A stretch of 64,000 nt of DNA from Candidatus Eiseniibacteriota bacterium. GTDB lineage: Bacteria; Eisenbacteria; RBG-16-71-46. The position numbers and the translations under genes are program-made. The stretch is taken from assembly GCA_963717505.1 (NCBI GenBank), contig OY970342.1:937551-1001550 (forward strand). Direction: 5' to 3'. Shown here one piece after another: positions 37,799 through 48,036 of this stretch (the stretch's first letter is position 1; each line of letters opens with the position of its first letter). The notes beneath the pieces are model-generated. The model was not told the origin of the DNA. It made no database searches and saw only the letters and a program-made list of their open reading frames with translations.

Positions 37799-38812
37799 TC
37801 AGTGGTGCCGGATGCGGAACTCGGCTTCGGCGCGCGCGGCGGCCCGCTCGTTGCCGGCGCCGACCGCGACCCCTTCGCGCCGAGCCGCGACCAGCAGCTC
37901 GCCGGGCAGCGGAAACACCACGCGTTCCTCGACCATGCGGAACTCCTCGACGCGGTAGCTACCGAGCGCGCACACGCGCTCGACGCATTGCTGCACGATG
38001 TCCTCCGGGGTCGATGCGCCCGCGGTGATTCCGAGGTCACCGGTGATCCACTCGGGCTGGATGTCCTCGGCCGACTCGATCAGGTAGGAACGGGCGCCAT
38101 GTTGCGCAGCGACCTCGACCAGGCGATTGGCGTTGCTGCTGGCAGGTGCTCCCACCACCAGCACCAGGCCACACCGCCGCGCCAGCTCCTTGACCGCGTT
38201 CTGGCGATTCTGCGTCGCGTAGCAGATGTCGTCCTTCGCCGGCTCGTGGATCGCGGGAAAGCGGAGCTTGAGCGCGCCCACGATCTGGCGCACGTCGTCG
38301 ACCGACAGCGTGGTCTGGGTGATGTAGGCGACGCGCGCGGGGTCGCGCACCTCGAGTCGCTCGGCTTCGGCAACGGTCTCGACCAACACGATCGCTTCGG
38401 GCGCCTCGCCCATCGTGCCCTGGACCTCGACGTGGTCGCGGTGGCCGATGAGCACGATCGTGTAGCCGTCCCGCGCGTACTTGAGAGCCTCGAGGTGCAC
38501 CTTGGTCACCAGCGGGCAGGTCGCGTCGAGCGACTTGAGGCCGCGGGCCTCGGCTTCGCGACGCACCGCCGGCGACACACCGTGCGCGGAAAAGATCACG
38601 TGCGAGCCCTCGGGCACCTCCGACAGCTCGTCGACGAACACCGCGCCCTTGTCGCGCAGGTCGCTGACCACGTGACGATTGTGGACGATCTCGTGCCGCA
38701 CGTAGATCGGGGGACCGTAGACCTGGAGCGCCAGGTCCACGATGTCGATGGCGCGGTCGACGCCCGCGCAGAAACCGCGGGGTGCGGCCAGATGCAAGGT
38801 GTGGGTGGTCAT
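37799..38812 (-). CDS. ispH: 4-hydroxy-3-methylbut-2-enyl diphosphate reductase
   Basis: LAAPRGFCAGVDRAI N-terminus. Conserved Cys ligands. HNRHVV motif. Full-length LytB/IspH. Confidence 0.9.
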   Translation of the reverse strand: MTTHTLHLAAPRGFCAGVDRAIDIVDLALQVYGPPIYVRHEIVHNRHVVSDLRDKGAVFVDELSEVPEGSHVIFSAHGVSPAVRREAEARGLKSLDATCPLVTKVHLEALKYARDGYTIVLIGHRDHVEVQGTMGEAPEAIVLVETVAEAERLEVRDPARVAYITQTTLSVDDVRQIVGALKLRFPAIHEPAKDDICYATQNRQNAVKELARRCGLVLVVGAPASSNANRLVEVAAQHGARSYLIESAEDIQPEWITGDLGITAGASTPEDIVQQCVERVCALGSYRVEEFRMVEERVVFPLPGELLVAARREGVAVGAGNERAAARAEAEFRIRHH

Positions 38813-38922
38813 CGGGCCGAGGAGTGTAATACAGGGCGACGCCGGACGCGCAGGCGGGAAAGCCCATGACGGAGCAGCCGCGGCCCGCGCCCCGCGTGGC
38901 CCGTCGTTAGATGACAGCTCGG

Positions 38923-39474
38923 CTAGCGGAGCCTCAGGTCCCGCGTCACGAGCAGAACGCCGTCTGTTCCCTTGGTCACGCGCTGCACGGTTCCGAAACG
39001 GCCCTCGCTGCGCGAACGCTCGCGCTCGGCGCGGGTCACCAGCGGATCGTCGTCGAAGCGAACCTCGAATTCCTGGCTGCGCTCGTCGCGCGTGACCCGG
39101 TAGTGGATGTGCGCGGGAATCGACCGATTGGGATAGGCCGCAGGCCGAATCGTGTGCAGCTCGTACTCGCCGTTCTCGCCGCTCGTCAGGTCCGCGGTCA
39201 GCCGCGGCTCGCCGAGACTGCCATCGGGCGCGTAGTAGCCGCGCGTGTCGGTCTGCCACACGTGGAGTGCGGCCCCAGCCACCGGTGTCTTGCCATCGGC
39301 CGCAGTGATGCGTCCGCGAACGATCATCCGGGCGCCGGGCTCTCCCGGCGTGGCCACGGTCGCGCGCCACGGCGCCGCCTCGCCGGAATCCTGAGCCGCG
39401 GGGAACGCGGTCAGGAGCCCAGGGTTCAACATGATCGTAGCGGTCATCAACGCCACTTTCGGAACACGATGCAT
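38923..39474 (-). CDS. Secreted intradiol ring-cleavage dioxygenase-like protein
   Basis: Signal peptide. GRITAADGKTPVAGAALHVWQTDTRGYY and IPAHIHY segments resemble the protocatechuate 3,4-dioxygenase beta-sandwich. Confidence 0.5.
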   Translation of the reverse strand: MHRVPKVALMTATIMLNPGLLTAFPAAQDSGEAAPWRATVATPGEPGARMIVRGRITAADGKTPVAGAALHVWQTDTRGYYAPDGSLGEPRLTADLTSGENGEYELHTIRPAAYPNRSIPAHIHYRVTRDERSQEFEVRFDDDPLVTRAERERSRSEGRFGTVQRVTKGTDGVLLVTRDLRLR

Positions 39475-39654
39475 GCGGGCTCTCCTGGGGGATCGGTTCG
39501 CGAGAACGCTAGCCCGCAAACCCGCCCGGGCCGAACCCGGATCGACGAGCGGCGAGCCCGCGGCGACGAACGCCGTCCCCTGACAGGGGCGTGACCCGAT
39601 TCCGTGGGCGAAGCGGGGCCGGGGCGTGACGGCGCGCGCGGCCCGCGGCCGACT

Positions 39655-40797
39655 CTATCGGCGTTGCGCCTCGCGAATCCGCGATTCCTCGGCCAGCGAA
39701 TCCGCGGTCGCTAGTGCGCGAATCGAATCCGACGCGGTGGCCAGCTGGCCCGCCTTGAGGTTGCGCACGTAGCCGCGATTGAGCGGATCGGTGAACAACC
39801 GCTCGGCCGCTCGCAGCTCGCGCAGCGCGCCGCGCGAATCGCCCTGCGAACCGAGGACGCTGCCCAAGACGACCCGTGCGTCTCCCGACCTCGGGTTGCG
39901 GCGGACGCCGTCGCGCGCGAGCTGGAGCGCCTCGTCTTCGCGCCCGGCTTCCTGAAGCATGCGGATCGCCTGCACGCGGGCGTTGTGGTCGTCCGGCCGC
40001 TGTTTGAGCCAGCGCAACGCAACCGCCAGGGCTTCATCCTTTCGGCCCAGGGACTCGAGCATTTGCATCTGCCCCTGAATCGCGAGCGCCGACGTCGAGT
40101 CGGCGGCTTCGGCACTTCGGTAGGCGGCCAGTGCTTCCTCCTGCCGGCCGGCGCGGCGTTCCAGGTTGCCGAGATTCACCCAGGCGCCGGCGTCGGAATC
40201 GTCGATCGCGATCGCGGCGCGGTACTCTTCGCGAGCATCGGCATCGCGCCCGAGCGTGGTCAGCACGACGCCGAGGTCCCGGTGCTCGGCCGCGCGGTCC
40301 GGCGGCAGGTCGATCGCGCGCCGCAGCGCTCGCTCGGCATCGGGGGGGCGGCCCTGCAGGGAGTAGGCGAACGCGAGCGCCTGCCAGGCCTGATCATCGT
40401 CGCTGCGCTCGGCGGTCAGCGCCTCGAGCAGCGTCGTCGCCTCGGCGGCGTTGCCGATACGGGCGAGCGCCAGGCCCAGCTCCCGCTTCGCCCCCGGGTG
40501 TTGCGGTTGCAAGTTCAGCTCGCGACGGAACGCCACGATGGCCTCGCGCAATCGATCCATGCCCGACAGCACGACACCGATCCGATACTGGGCCTCGGGG
40601 AAGGTCGAGTCGGCGGCCGAGGCCGCGGCGTACGCGGAGATCGCCGAGGTCGGCCGGTGCTCCTGCTCGAAGCGGAGTCCATCGCCGAAGGCGGCCTGCG
40701 CCTTGGCGCGATCTCCGGGTGGCGCCGCCGACGTGGCCGCAAGCACGAGGGCCGCGGCGACGATCGCCACCGCGGCCCCGCTCTTAGGTTGCTGCAC
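39655..40797 (-). CDS. Secreted tetratricopeptide-repeat protein
   Basis: Signal peptide followed by about 8 TPR units (W/A..LG..Y...G....A...Y..A periodicity). Confidence 0.7.
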   Translation of the reverse strand: MQQPKSGAAVAIVAAALVLAATSAAPPGDRAKAQAAFGDGLRFEQEHRPTSAISAYAAASAADSTFPEAQYRIGVVLSGMDRLREAIVAFRRELNLQPQHPGAKRELGLALARIGNAAEATTLLEALTAERSDDDQAWQALAFAYSLQGRPPDAERALRRAIDLPPDRAAEHRDLGVVLTTLGRDADAREEYRAAIAIDDSDAGAWVNLGNLERRAGRQEEALAAYRSAEAADSTSALAIQGQMQMLESLGRKDEALAVALRWLKQRPDDHNARVQAIRMLQEAGREDEALQLARDGVRRNPRSGDARVVLGSVLGSQGDSRGALRELRAAERLFTDPLNRGYVRNLKAGQLATASDSIRALATADSLAEESRIREAQRR

Positions 40798-40801
40798 GGA
40801 T

Positions 40802-41605
40802 TCAGCGTCCGCTGAAGTTCGGCTTCCGTTTCTCGACGTAGGCCGCCAGTCCTTCCTTGGCGTCTTCGCTCTGGAACAGCTGCTGCTGCAGCTCGCGCTC
40901 GATCGCCAGCGACGACTCGAAGGGAACCTCGGCGCCGCTCTGCACCGAGCGCTTGATGCGTCCGACCGCCTTGGCCGCCTTGTTCGGCGGGCAGAACTGC
41001 TCGGCGTATTTCTGAACTCGCTCGATGAACTCGCTGGCCGGCGCGTCCCAGATCTGGTTCACGATGCCCAGTTCCATGCCCCTTTCGAAATCAAAGGTCT
41101 CGCCGGTGACCATCAGCTCGATCGCGGTCGACTTGTTGATCAGCCGGGCCAGACGCTGGGTGCCGCCGGTCCCAGGCAGCACGCCGAGCGTGACTTCCGG
41201 CAGGCCGATCTTGCCCGCGCCCTTGCGAGCGATGCGCAGGTCGGCGGCCATCGCGATCTCGAGACCGCCGCCCACCGTGTGGCCGTTGAGCGCCGCGATC
41301 ACCAGCTTGGGCGTGTGCTCGAGTCGATTCAGCGTCTCGTTGGCGTGCAGGCAGAAGAAATACTTGAAGGTCGGGTTGACCGTCTTGAGCATGTTGATGT
41401 TCGCGCCGGCGCAGAAGAACTTCTCCCCGGCCCCACGCAGGACCATCACGTGGACGCTCTCGTCGAAGCGCGCCTGGAGGATGGCGTCGTCGAGATCGCG
41501 CATCATCTCGTAGGTGTAGGTGTTGGCCGGCGGATCGGTCAGCTCGATCCAGGCGACGCCGTTCTTGACGCGATAGTCCACGAGCTTGGTTTTGGTGGCT
41601 TCCAT
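40802..41605 (-). CDS. Enoyl-CoA hydratase/isomerase family protein
   Basis: Crotonase fold with oxyanion-hole motifs (FCAGANI, GHTVGGGLEIAMAADLRIA). Confidence 0.85.
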   Translation of the reverse strand: MEATKTKLVDYRVKNGVAWIELTDPPANTYTYEMMRDLDDAILQARFDESVHVMVLRGAGEKFFCAGANINMLKTVNPTFKYFFCLHANETLNRLEHTPKLVIAALNGHTVGGGLEIAMAADLRIARKGAGKIGLPEVTLGVLPGTGGTQRLARLINKSTAIELMVTGETFDFERGMELGIVNQIWDAPASEFIERVQKYAEQFCPPNKAAKAVGRIKRSVQSGAEVPFESSLAIERELQQQLFQSEDAKEGLAAYVEKRKPNFSGR

Positions 41606-41822
41606 GGGCTGGCTCCTTCGGGGTGTCGGTCGCGGCCGGCAGAGGCGCGGGGCGCCGTTCGCTGGCAGGGGTTCGTTTTCGAGCGGACGGAGTATACGGG
41701 CGCCTATGGAAAAGCTCCACCCCCGCGCCCACCAAAGCTTTGCTGGAGCCTGACACGCCCGACGACGAACTCATTCATCGTAAAACGCCGATGGACGATA
41801 AACACGACCAGGAGGGGACGCG

Positions 41823-42155
41823 ATGACGACCCGACCGGAACCCAAGACCCGGCCGACCGGGCGCCGACACCGTGCGCTGGGAGTGGCCGGCCCCGATGCC
41901 GAGCTGGCGACGCTGGCCAAGGCGCTGGGACATCCGGCGCGAGTCGCGATCGTCCGGATGCTGATCCAGTCCGGGGAATGCGTGTGCGGCGCGATCGTCG
42001 ACCGGCTCCCGCTCGCTCAGGCCACGGTGTCCCAGCACTTGAAGGTGCTGAAAGACGCCGGGCTGATTCGTGGCGAGATCGATGCGCCGCGTGTCTGCTA
42101 CTGCATCGACCCCGCAGCCGTCCGACGTCTCAAGCAGCTCATCACGGCGCTCTAG
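41823..42155 (+). CDS. arsR: ArsR/SmtB-family metalloregulator
   Basis: Winged HTH with the metal-site Cys pair in the ECVCG motif just before the DNA-recognition helix. Directly upstream of arsM. Confidence 0.8.
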   Translation: MTTRPEPKTRPTGRRHRALGVAGPDAELATLAKALGHPARVAIVRMLIQSGECVCGAIVDRLPLAQATVSQHLKVLKDAGLIRGEIDAPRVCYCIDPAAVRRLKQLITAL

Positions 42156-42186
42156 CCGGGCGCCTGAATAGAGGAGGATCACCACC

Positions 42187-42987
42187 ATGACCGAGACCAC
42201 CGACATTCGCACCGTCGTCCGCGAGAAGTACGGCGCAATCGCCGAGGACCGCGCCTCGGGTTGTTGTGGACCCGATGCCACATCCGGCTGCGGCTGCGGT
42301 TGCGGCGCTGCCGACGTTCTCGAGCAGATCGGCTACAGCGCCGAACAGGCGGCTGCGGTTCCCGAGGGCTCGAACCTGGGCCTCGGCTGCGGCAACCCCC
42401 TCGCCTACGCCGCCTTGCGCCCGGGCGAGACCGTGCTCGACCTGGGCTCGGGCGCCGGGGTCGACTGCTTCCTCGCCGCGCGCGAGGTCGGCCCCAGCGG
42501 CCGGGTGATCGGGGTCGACATGACGGCGGCGATGGTCGAGCGGGCACGCGGCAATGCCGCCCGAAGTGGCGCCGCCAATGTCGAGTTCCGCCTGGGCGAG
42601 ATCGAGCATCTCCCGCTGGCCGACGGCAGCGTCGATGTCGTGATTTCGAACTGCGTGGTCAACCTGTCGCCCGACAAGCCCCAGGTGTTCCGGGAGGCCT
42701 TCCGCGCGCTCAAGCCTGGCGGTCGCATGGTGGTCAGCGATCTGGTGCTGCGCCGGCCGCTGGCCCCCGAGCTACAGAAGAACATCGACCTCTACGTCGG
42801 CTGCGTGGCCGGGGCGTCCCTCCGGGACGACTACCTGGGCTTCATTCGCGGCGCCGGGTTCCGGAACGTAGAAATCATGGGCGAATCGGGCTATTCGATC
42901 GGGACCGAGCACCTGCCGGCCGGCACCCCAGAGCTCGAGGCCTTCGACGCAGTGGCTTCGATCAAGGTGCGGGCGGTCAAGGCCTAG
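42187..42987 (+). CDS. arsM: Arsenite S-adenosylmethionine methyltransferase
   Basis: N-terminal Cys-rich As(III)-binding region (CCGPD...CGCGCG). SAM motif VLDLGSGAG. Downstream conserved Cys in VGC. GAGGAGG RBS. Confidence 0.85.
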   Translation: MTETTDIRTVVREKYGAIAEDRASGCCGPDATSGCGCGCGAADVLEQIGYSAEQAAAVPEGSNLGLGCGNPLAYAALRPGETVLDLGSGAGVDCFLAAREVGPSGRVIGVDMTAAMVERARGNAARSGAANVEFRLGEIEHLPLADGSVDVVISNCVVNLSPDKPQVFREAFRALKPGGRMVVSDLVLRRPLAPELQKNIDLYVGCVAGASLRDDYLGFIRGAGFRNVEIMGESGYSIGTEHLPAGTPELEAFDAVASIKVRAVKA

Positions 42988-43026
42988 GCCCCCCGTCACC
43001 GGCCTTTCTCCAGGTCGCAACTCGAA

Positions 43027-43062
43027 GCGCCAAGGTGCCCTGACTGGGCCTTGGCGCTTTTT
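43027..43062 (+). terminator. Rho-independent terminator after arsM
   Basis: GCGCCAAGG-(13 nt)-CCTTGGCGC stem immediately followed by TTTTT. Confidence 0.6.
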
Positions 43063-43342
43063 CCCTCCCTGTAACACGGCCGACACACCCTGTACTCCGG
43101 TGACCCCCTAGGGTCTGGCACGTCCGGGGAAGCGGGCCGAAGGGTCCGCAACCGGAACGCTGAACAACCTCCCGCATGCGTTCCGAAAGCACTGGGGCCC
43201 GCACCCTTGCTTCCCCGATCGGACTTGGAGCCTTCCAGAACCAAGGTCGCGCAATCGGTACCGCGGCCAGCGCAAGTCCGGCTCCGAACGCACACGAAGA
43301 CATTCACGGTCTAGCAGGCACGCACACCTCAAGGGAGGCACC

Positions 43343-45088
43343 ATGCGATTCGACGCGAATGGGAAGCTTTCGTTCATCCATCGCGGGTTGTTTGCGCTCG
43401 CTCTGGTCGCCGGTACGGCGAGCAGCGCAGCGGCGCAGATGACCGGGAACGGACTCTTGGTCTTCAACAACAACGCATCCGGCACGCTCGCCGGGCAGTT
43501 CCTGGGAACGGCGGGCGCCGGAGCTCCGGCCTGCGCCGGTCTTACGGCGGCGACGCTGTTCTCGGTCACCAATCCGAACAACAACTACGCCGATCCGCTC
43601 CTGAACGGCGGGATCTACCCGAACAACGACTTCCAGCCCGGGCTCGGCAGCCCGGCCTACAGCAACGCGGTGCAAGTGATCGCCGACGGATTCTTCGAGC
43701 AGGCCTGTTTGCTGGGCGCAGTGGGCCCCAACGCCGACGACCGCTGGTGGGAGGGCTGGACGTACTTCGATTCGACCGGCGCCAACCGCCAGGACCTGCA
43801 CCTCGCGGGGATGCCCGACCCGCGGCCGCTTGCGACCTACGCCGGCATCAACATCTATGGCCACCAGTATTTCGGGCCTGACAGCAATTACCTGGTTCGC
43901 GGCCAGCTGCGCGTCAAGAGCCAGGCCACGCTGACCATCGCCCCCGGCGTGGTCGTGTTCGAAGAGAACGCCTCGGTCGGCACGATCGTCATCGAGCGCG
44001 GCGGCAAGCTGATCGCGGTAGGCAACGCGTGCGAGCCGATCATCATCACCTCCGATCAGTATCCGAATCAGCGCCGCGGCCAGTGCGGCGGCATCGTGAT
44101 GAATGGCCTCGCGAGGACCAACATCGTCAACTCGTGCGCCGGTGACTCCTCGGCCAGCGAAGGCGGCGCAATCGGCTTCTATGGCGGCAACAATGACGAC
44201 GACTGCTCGGGCTACCTGCGCTACGTCCGCGTCGAGTACGCGGGCCGCGAGATCAGCGCCAACAACGAGCTGAATTCCTTCACGTTCAACTCGGTCGGCC
44301 AGAACACCCGCGTCGACTGGTGCCAGTCGTTCCGCGGCGCCGACGACGGCTTCGAGTGGTTCGGTGGACTGGCGCATTCCAAGTACTTGGTGGCGGTCGA
44401 CGGCGCCGACGACGGGATCGACAGCCAGCTCGGCTCGCGGGTGCGCGTCCAGTTCGCCATCGTTCGCACGTCGCCGGAGCAGGCGCCGTCGCTGACTCAG
44501 TTCGGCGAGCGCGGCATCGAAGCCGACAACAACGAGTTCAACTTCGATCAGCTCCAGTGCGCGGGTCGGTCCTACATGCGGGTCGCCAATGCAACGTTCA
44601 TCGGCGACAAGCGGGTGGGCGCGATCTACCCCGGCTCGAGCCAGGGCGCCGAGTGGCGTCGTGGCACGGCATACGACCTGCGCAATTCGATCATCACGAA
44701 CTACAAGAGCGCGGCGATTCGCGTGAGCGACGATGCGACGTGGGCGGCCCACTGCGCAGCCCCGCCGCCGGTTCCCGCCGTGTTCTGCCCGGGTGCCCTG
44801 GGTGTCAATCCGGTGGGTGCGGGCAACGTGTTCGTGGCCAACGGCCGTCCGAACCCGTTCCGCGACGAGGTCACGCTGTCCTTCAACCTGCCGACGTCGT
44901 CGCCGGTGACGGTGGAGATCTACTCGGCGGATGGTCGCCGGGTGCAGACGATCGCCAAGGGCGAAATGCCTGCCGGCCCGCAGTCGCTGCAGTGGAAGCT
45001 CGACCGCTCGACCCCGAGCGGCGTGTACTTCTATCGCGTCCTCGCCGGCCAGAACGAAGCAACCGGCAAGCTGACGTTGGTGGACTGA
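43343..45088 (+). CDS. Secreted protein with T9SS-type C-terminal sorting (FlgD Ig-like / Por_Secre_tail) domain
   Basis: Signal peptide. Gly/Asn-rich beta-rich body, possibly a parallel beta-helix. Last ~80 aa (NPFRDEVTLSFNLP...VEIYSADGRRV...GVYFYRV...KLTLVD) match the Por-secretion C-terminal domain pattern. Confidence 0.6.
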   Translation: MRFDANGKLSFIHRGLFALALVAGTASSAAAQMTGNGLLVFNNNASGTLAGQFLGTAGAGAPACAGLTAATLFSVTNPNNNYADPLLNGGIYPNNDFQPGLGSPAYSNAVQVIADGFFEQACLLGAVGPNADDRWWEGWTYFDSTGANRQDLHLAGMPDPRPLATYAGINIYGHQYFGPDSNYLVRGQLRVKSQATLTIAPGVVVFEENASVGTIVIERGGKLIAVGNACEPIIITSDQYPNQRRGQCGGIVMNGLARTNIVNSCAGDSSASEGGAIGFYGGNNDDDCSGYLRYVRVEYAGREISANNELNSFTFNSVGQNTRVDWCQSFRGADDGFEWFGGLAHSKYLVAVDGADDGIDSQLGSRVRVQFAIVRTSPEQAPSLTQFGERGIEADNNEFNFDQLQCAGRSYMRVANATFIGDKRVGAIYPGSSQGAEWRRGTAYDLRNSIITNYKSAAIRVSDDATWAAHCAAPPPVPAVFCPGALGVNPVGAGNVFVANGRPNPFRDEVTLSFNLPTSSPVTVEIYSADGRRVQTIAKGEMPAGPQSLQWKLDRSTPSGVYFYRVLAGQNEATGKLTLVD

Positions 45089-45209
45089 CATAAGGACTCG
45101 TCGGACGTCGGGCTCGGCGGCGCCCCGCAGGCCGCCGAGCTGCGACGTCAGGCGATCCTCGGTCGAAGGGGCCGAGGGTCGCTGTTCCATCGTGAGGAGG
45201 TTCATTCGG

Positions 45210-48032
45210 ATGAGTACCCATCTCCCTGGCAGCCTCATTCGTAGCCGCATGAAGCTCTGGATCGCGGTCGTTGCCGTGATCTGCCTGACCGCGACCTGGG
45301 CCGAAGCCGCAGCAATTGGAAAGATCGGCGGGCGAATCGTCGCCACCGACACCGGTGAGCCACTCGCCTACGCCGACCTGCTCCTGACGCCTGCCGATAC
45401 GACCCTCAAGCGGGTTGGCGGCCTGACCAATGGCGACGGCACGTTCCTGCTCGAGGCGGCTCCCGGGCTCTACACGCTCCAGCTGCGCGCTCTGTCGTAT
45501 GCCACCAAGAAATTCGAAGCCATCCAGATCGAAGAAGGAAAGCTGCTGGATTTCAGCACGGCACTCGCGCCCGAGGCGCTCCAGCAGGAAGAAATCGTCG
45601 TCGAAGCGCGTCGATCGGAGAACACGGAAGCGTCGATGCTCGCCGCCCGCAAGAAGGCGCCATCGGTCGGCGACGCGATCAGCGCCGAACAGGTGCGCAA
45701 GTCCGCCGACCGCGACGCCGCCGAGGTGTTGAAGCGGGTTACCGGCGTTTCGGTCAGCGACGGCAAATACGTGTTCGTCCGCGGCCTTGGCGAGCGCTAT
45801 AGCTCGACCGAGGTGGATGGGGTCCGCATCGCCAGCCCGGAGGAGAACAAGCGGGTGGTGCCGCTCGACCTGGTGCCCTCCACCCTGCTCGAGAACATCG
45901 TGGTGCAGAAGACCTACACCGCCGACCGGCCCGGAGAATTCGGCGGCGGCGACGTCCAGGTGCGCACCAAGGACTTCCCGGGACGGCGGACGTGGTCGTT
46001 CGAGGTCCAGCAGGGCTTCGCCGAGAACGTGACGTTCGAAAACCGCAGAGCCTACGGTTTCTACCAGGGATTCGGCGCCGGCCAGCGTGCCATGCCCTCC
46101 GAAGTCGCTGGCATCCCGGTCCCGGGTCTTTCGAACGCAACGCGCCCGCAGCTGGCGTCCATGGCGCGGTCGTTCACCAACGAGTGGTCGCCGTACGGAT
46201 CGACCACCGCGCCCAACGGCAGGTACTCGCTCACCTACGGTGACGAGCTCAAGCTGTTCGGCCGCTCGGTCGGGCTGATCCTCTCGTCCACGTTCTCGCG
46301 GGCCTTCGATATGCAGGAAGAGTCGCAGCGTTTGTTCCGCTCGTCGACCGACACGATCTACGACTACCGCGTGACCAAGTGGACGGATGTCGCGCAGCTC
46401 GCCGGCCTCGGCGGTCTCAGCTACCGGCTGTCCCCATCACACTCGCTCCACCTGCGCGGGCTCTACACCAGCACCGCCGATGACGAAGTGCGTATTTACG
46501 AGGGCTCGGATCACAACAGCAGCGACCCGATTTCCAACGAGTGGCTACAGCGCCGGAACACGCGGCTCCTGTACGCGCAAAGGACGGTGTTGTCCGGTTC
46601 GATCGAAGGCAAGCATCAGTTCCCGAGCGTGTTCGGCGCCGGCCTCGATTGGAAGTTCGGCCGCTCGCGGGCCGAGCGCGATCAGCCCGACCGGCGTGAC
46701 GTCACCTACAACCGGCAATACTGGTTCGAAGGCGACACTGCTCACTGGGTCCTCAGCTCCCAGGGGATCCGAGAGTTCGGCGAGCTGACCGACAACGGCT
46801 GGGGCACGACGCTCAAGGGCGAGGTGCCGTACCAGCTGGGGAAGCTCGGTAACGGCAAGATGGCGATCGGCTACGACCGCCAAGCCAAGGACCGCGACAA
46901 CTTTTACCGTCGATTCAACCTGTTCGTCGAGCCGCCCTATGTGGACAATATGGAGGCCCCGCCCGAGAGCATCTTCGCCCCCGGCACGTTCGACGGCAGC
47001 TCGACCAGCGGGTATCTGCTGGACGTGACTTACAACGACCCACTGATCGGCGTCGACAACTACACCGCCCAGCAGCGGGTGACCGCGGGATTCCTCAACT
47101 TCGACGTGCCTTTTGGCTCCAAAGTCCGTGGCGCCTTCGGGGTCCGCGTCGAGCATGGCTACCAGAATGTCGAGAGCTTCGCCCTGTTCGACCCGGACTC
47201 GATCCTGATCGCGGGCGAGCTGGACAACACCGACTGGCTGCCGGCCGGCAATCTGACCTGGGCCATCACCCAGACGGTGAACCTTAGGCTCGCGGGCAGC
47301 CAGACCATCTCGCGGCCGGATCTCAACGAGCTATCGCCGAGCCCATTCCCCGAGTACATCGGCGGCTACTTCGTGAAGGGCAACCCTGACCTCGATCGCG
47401 CCCTGCTCGACAACTACGACATCCGATTCGAGGCATTCCCCGGGCTCTCCGAAGTGTTGGCGGTGGGCGTGTTCTACAAGAATCTGCGCCAGCCGATTGA
47501 ACGAGTCATCAAGCCCGGCAGCCAGGTCGCCCTGCTGCAGCCCGAGAACTCCGCGAAGGGCCGCAACCAGGGTATCGAGCTGGAAGCCCGAGTCGGACTC
47601 GGAAGAGTATGGAGCCCGCTGTCCCGCTTCTCGATCAGTTCCAATGCGTCGTTCATTTCGTCCAAGGTCACGCTCTATCCAACGGTCTCGCGCACCGGGA
47701 CGTCCGAGCATCCCCTGCAGGGCCAGACTGATTATCTGATCAATGTCGGACTCGGCTACGCGATCCCGGGAAGACTCGATGCGACTCTACTGGTCAACTC
47801 GATCGGCAAACGCCTGACGGCGCTCGGCTACGATCCACTGCCCGACATCTACGAGCAGCCGTACACGTCGATGGACGCCGCGTTGAATATGATGGTGTTC
47901 TCCAACGGTCGGCTCAAGCTCGGTGCGAGAAACCTGCTCGACCCGACGATCGAGCGACTCCAGGGTCATCGTGTGTCATCTTCGTACCGGACCGGCCGCA
48001 CCTTCTCGATCGCGTTCACGGTCGGTTCGTAG
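45210..48032 (+). CDS. TonB-dependent outer-membrane receptor with N-terminal carboxypeptidase-regulatory-like domain
   Basis: GAGGAGG RBS. Signal peptide. CarbopepD_reg-like region. Plug and 22-strand barrel hallmarks. C-terminal ...TFSIAFTVGS terminus. Confidence 0.8.
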   Translation: MSTHLPGSLIRSRMKLWIAVVAVICLTATWAEAAAIGKIGGRIVATDTGEPLAYADLLLTPADTTLKRVGGLTNGDGTFLLEAAPGLYTLQLRALSYATKKFEAIQIEEGKLLDFSTALAPEALQQEEIVVEARRSENTEASMLAARKKAPSVGDAISAEQVRKSADRDAAEVLKRVTGVSVSDGKYVFVRGLGERYSSTEVDGVRIASPEENKRVVPLDLVPSTLLENIVVQKTYTADRPGEFGGGDVQVRTKDFPGRRTWSFEVQQGFAENVTFENRRAYGFYQGFGAGQRAMPSEVAGIPVPGLSNATRPQLASMARSFTNEWSPYGSTTAPNGRYSLTYGDELKLFGRSVGLILSSTFSRAFDMQEESQRLFRSSTDTIYDYRVTKWTDVAQLAGLGGLSYRLSPSHSLHLRGLYTSTADDEVRIYEGSDHNSSDPISNEWLQRRNTRLLYAQRTVLSGSIEGKHQFPSVFGAGLDWKFGRSRAERDQPDRRDVTYNRQYWFEGDTAHWVLSSQGIREFGELTDNGWGTTLKGEVPYQLGKLGNGKMAIGYDRQAKDRDNFYRRFNLFVEPPYVDNMEAPPESIFAPGTFDGSSTSGYLLDVTYNDPLIGVDNYTAQQRVTAGFLNFDVPFGSKVRGAFGVRVEHGYQNVESFALFDPDSILIAGELDNTDWLPAGNLTWAITQTVNLRLAGSQTISRPDLNELSPSPFPEYIGGYFVKGNPDLDRALLDNYDIRFEAFPGLSEVLAVGVFYKNLRQPIERVIKPGSQVALLQPENSAKGRNQGIELEARVGLGRVWSPLSRFSISSNASFISSKVTLYPTVSRTGTSEHPLQGQTDYLINVGLGYAIPGRLDATLLVNSIGKRLTALGYDPLPDIYEQPYTSMDAALNMMVFSNGRLKLGARNLLDPTIERLQGHRVSSSYRTGRTFSIAFTVGS

Positions 48033-48036
48033 CCGA

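Noticed and set aside
39577-39589. CCCCTG-a-CAGGGG hairpin between the TPR gene and the intradiol dioxygenase-like gene
   Set aside because: Short 6-bp stem without a U-tract on the transcribed strand. Such palindromes occur by chance in GC-rich DNA.
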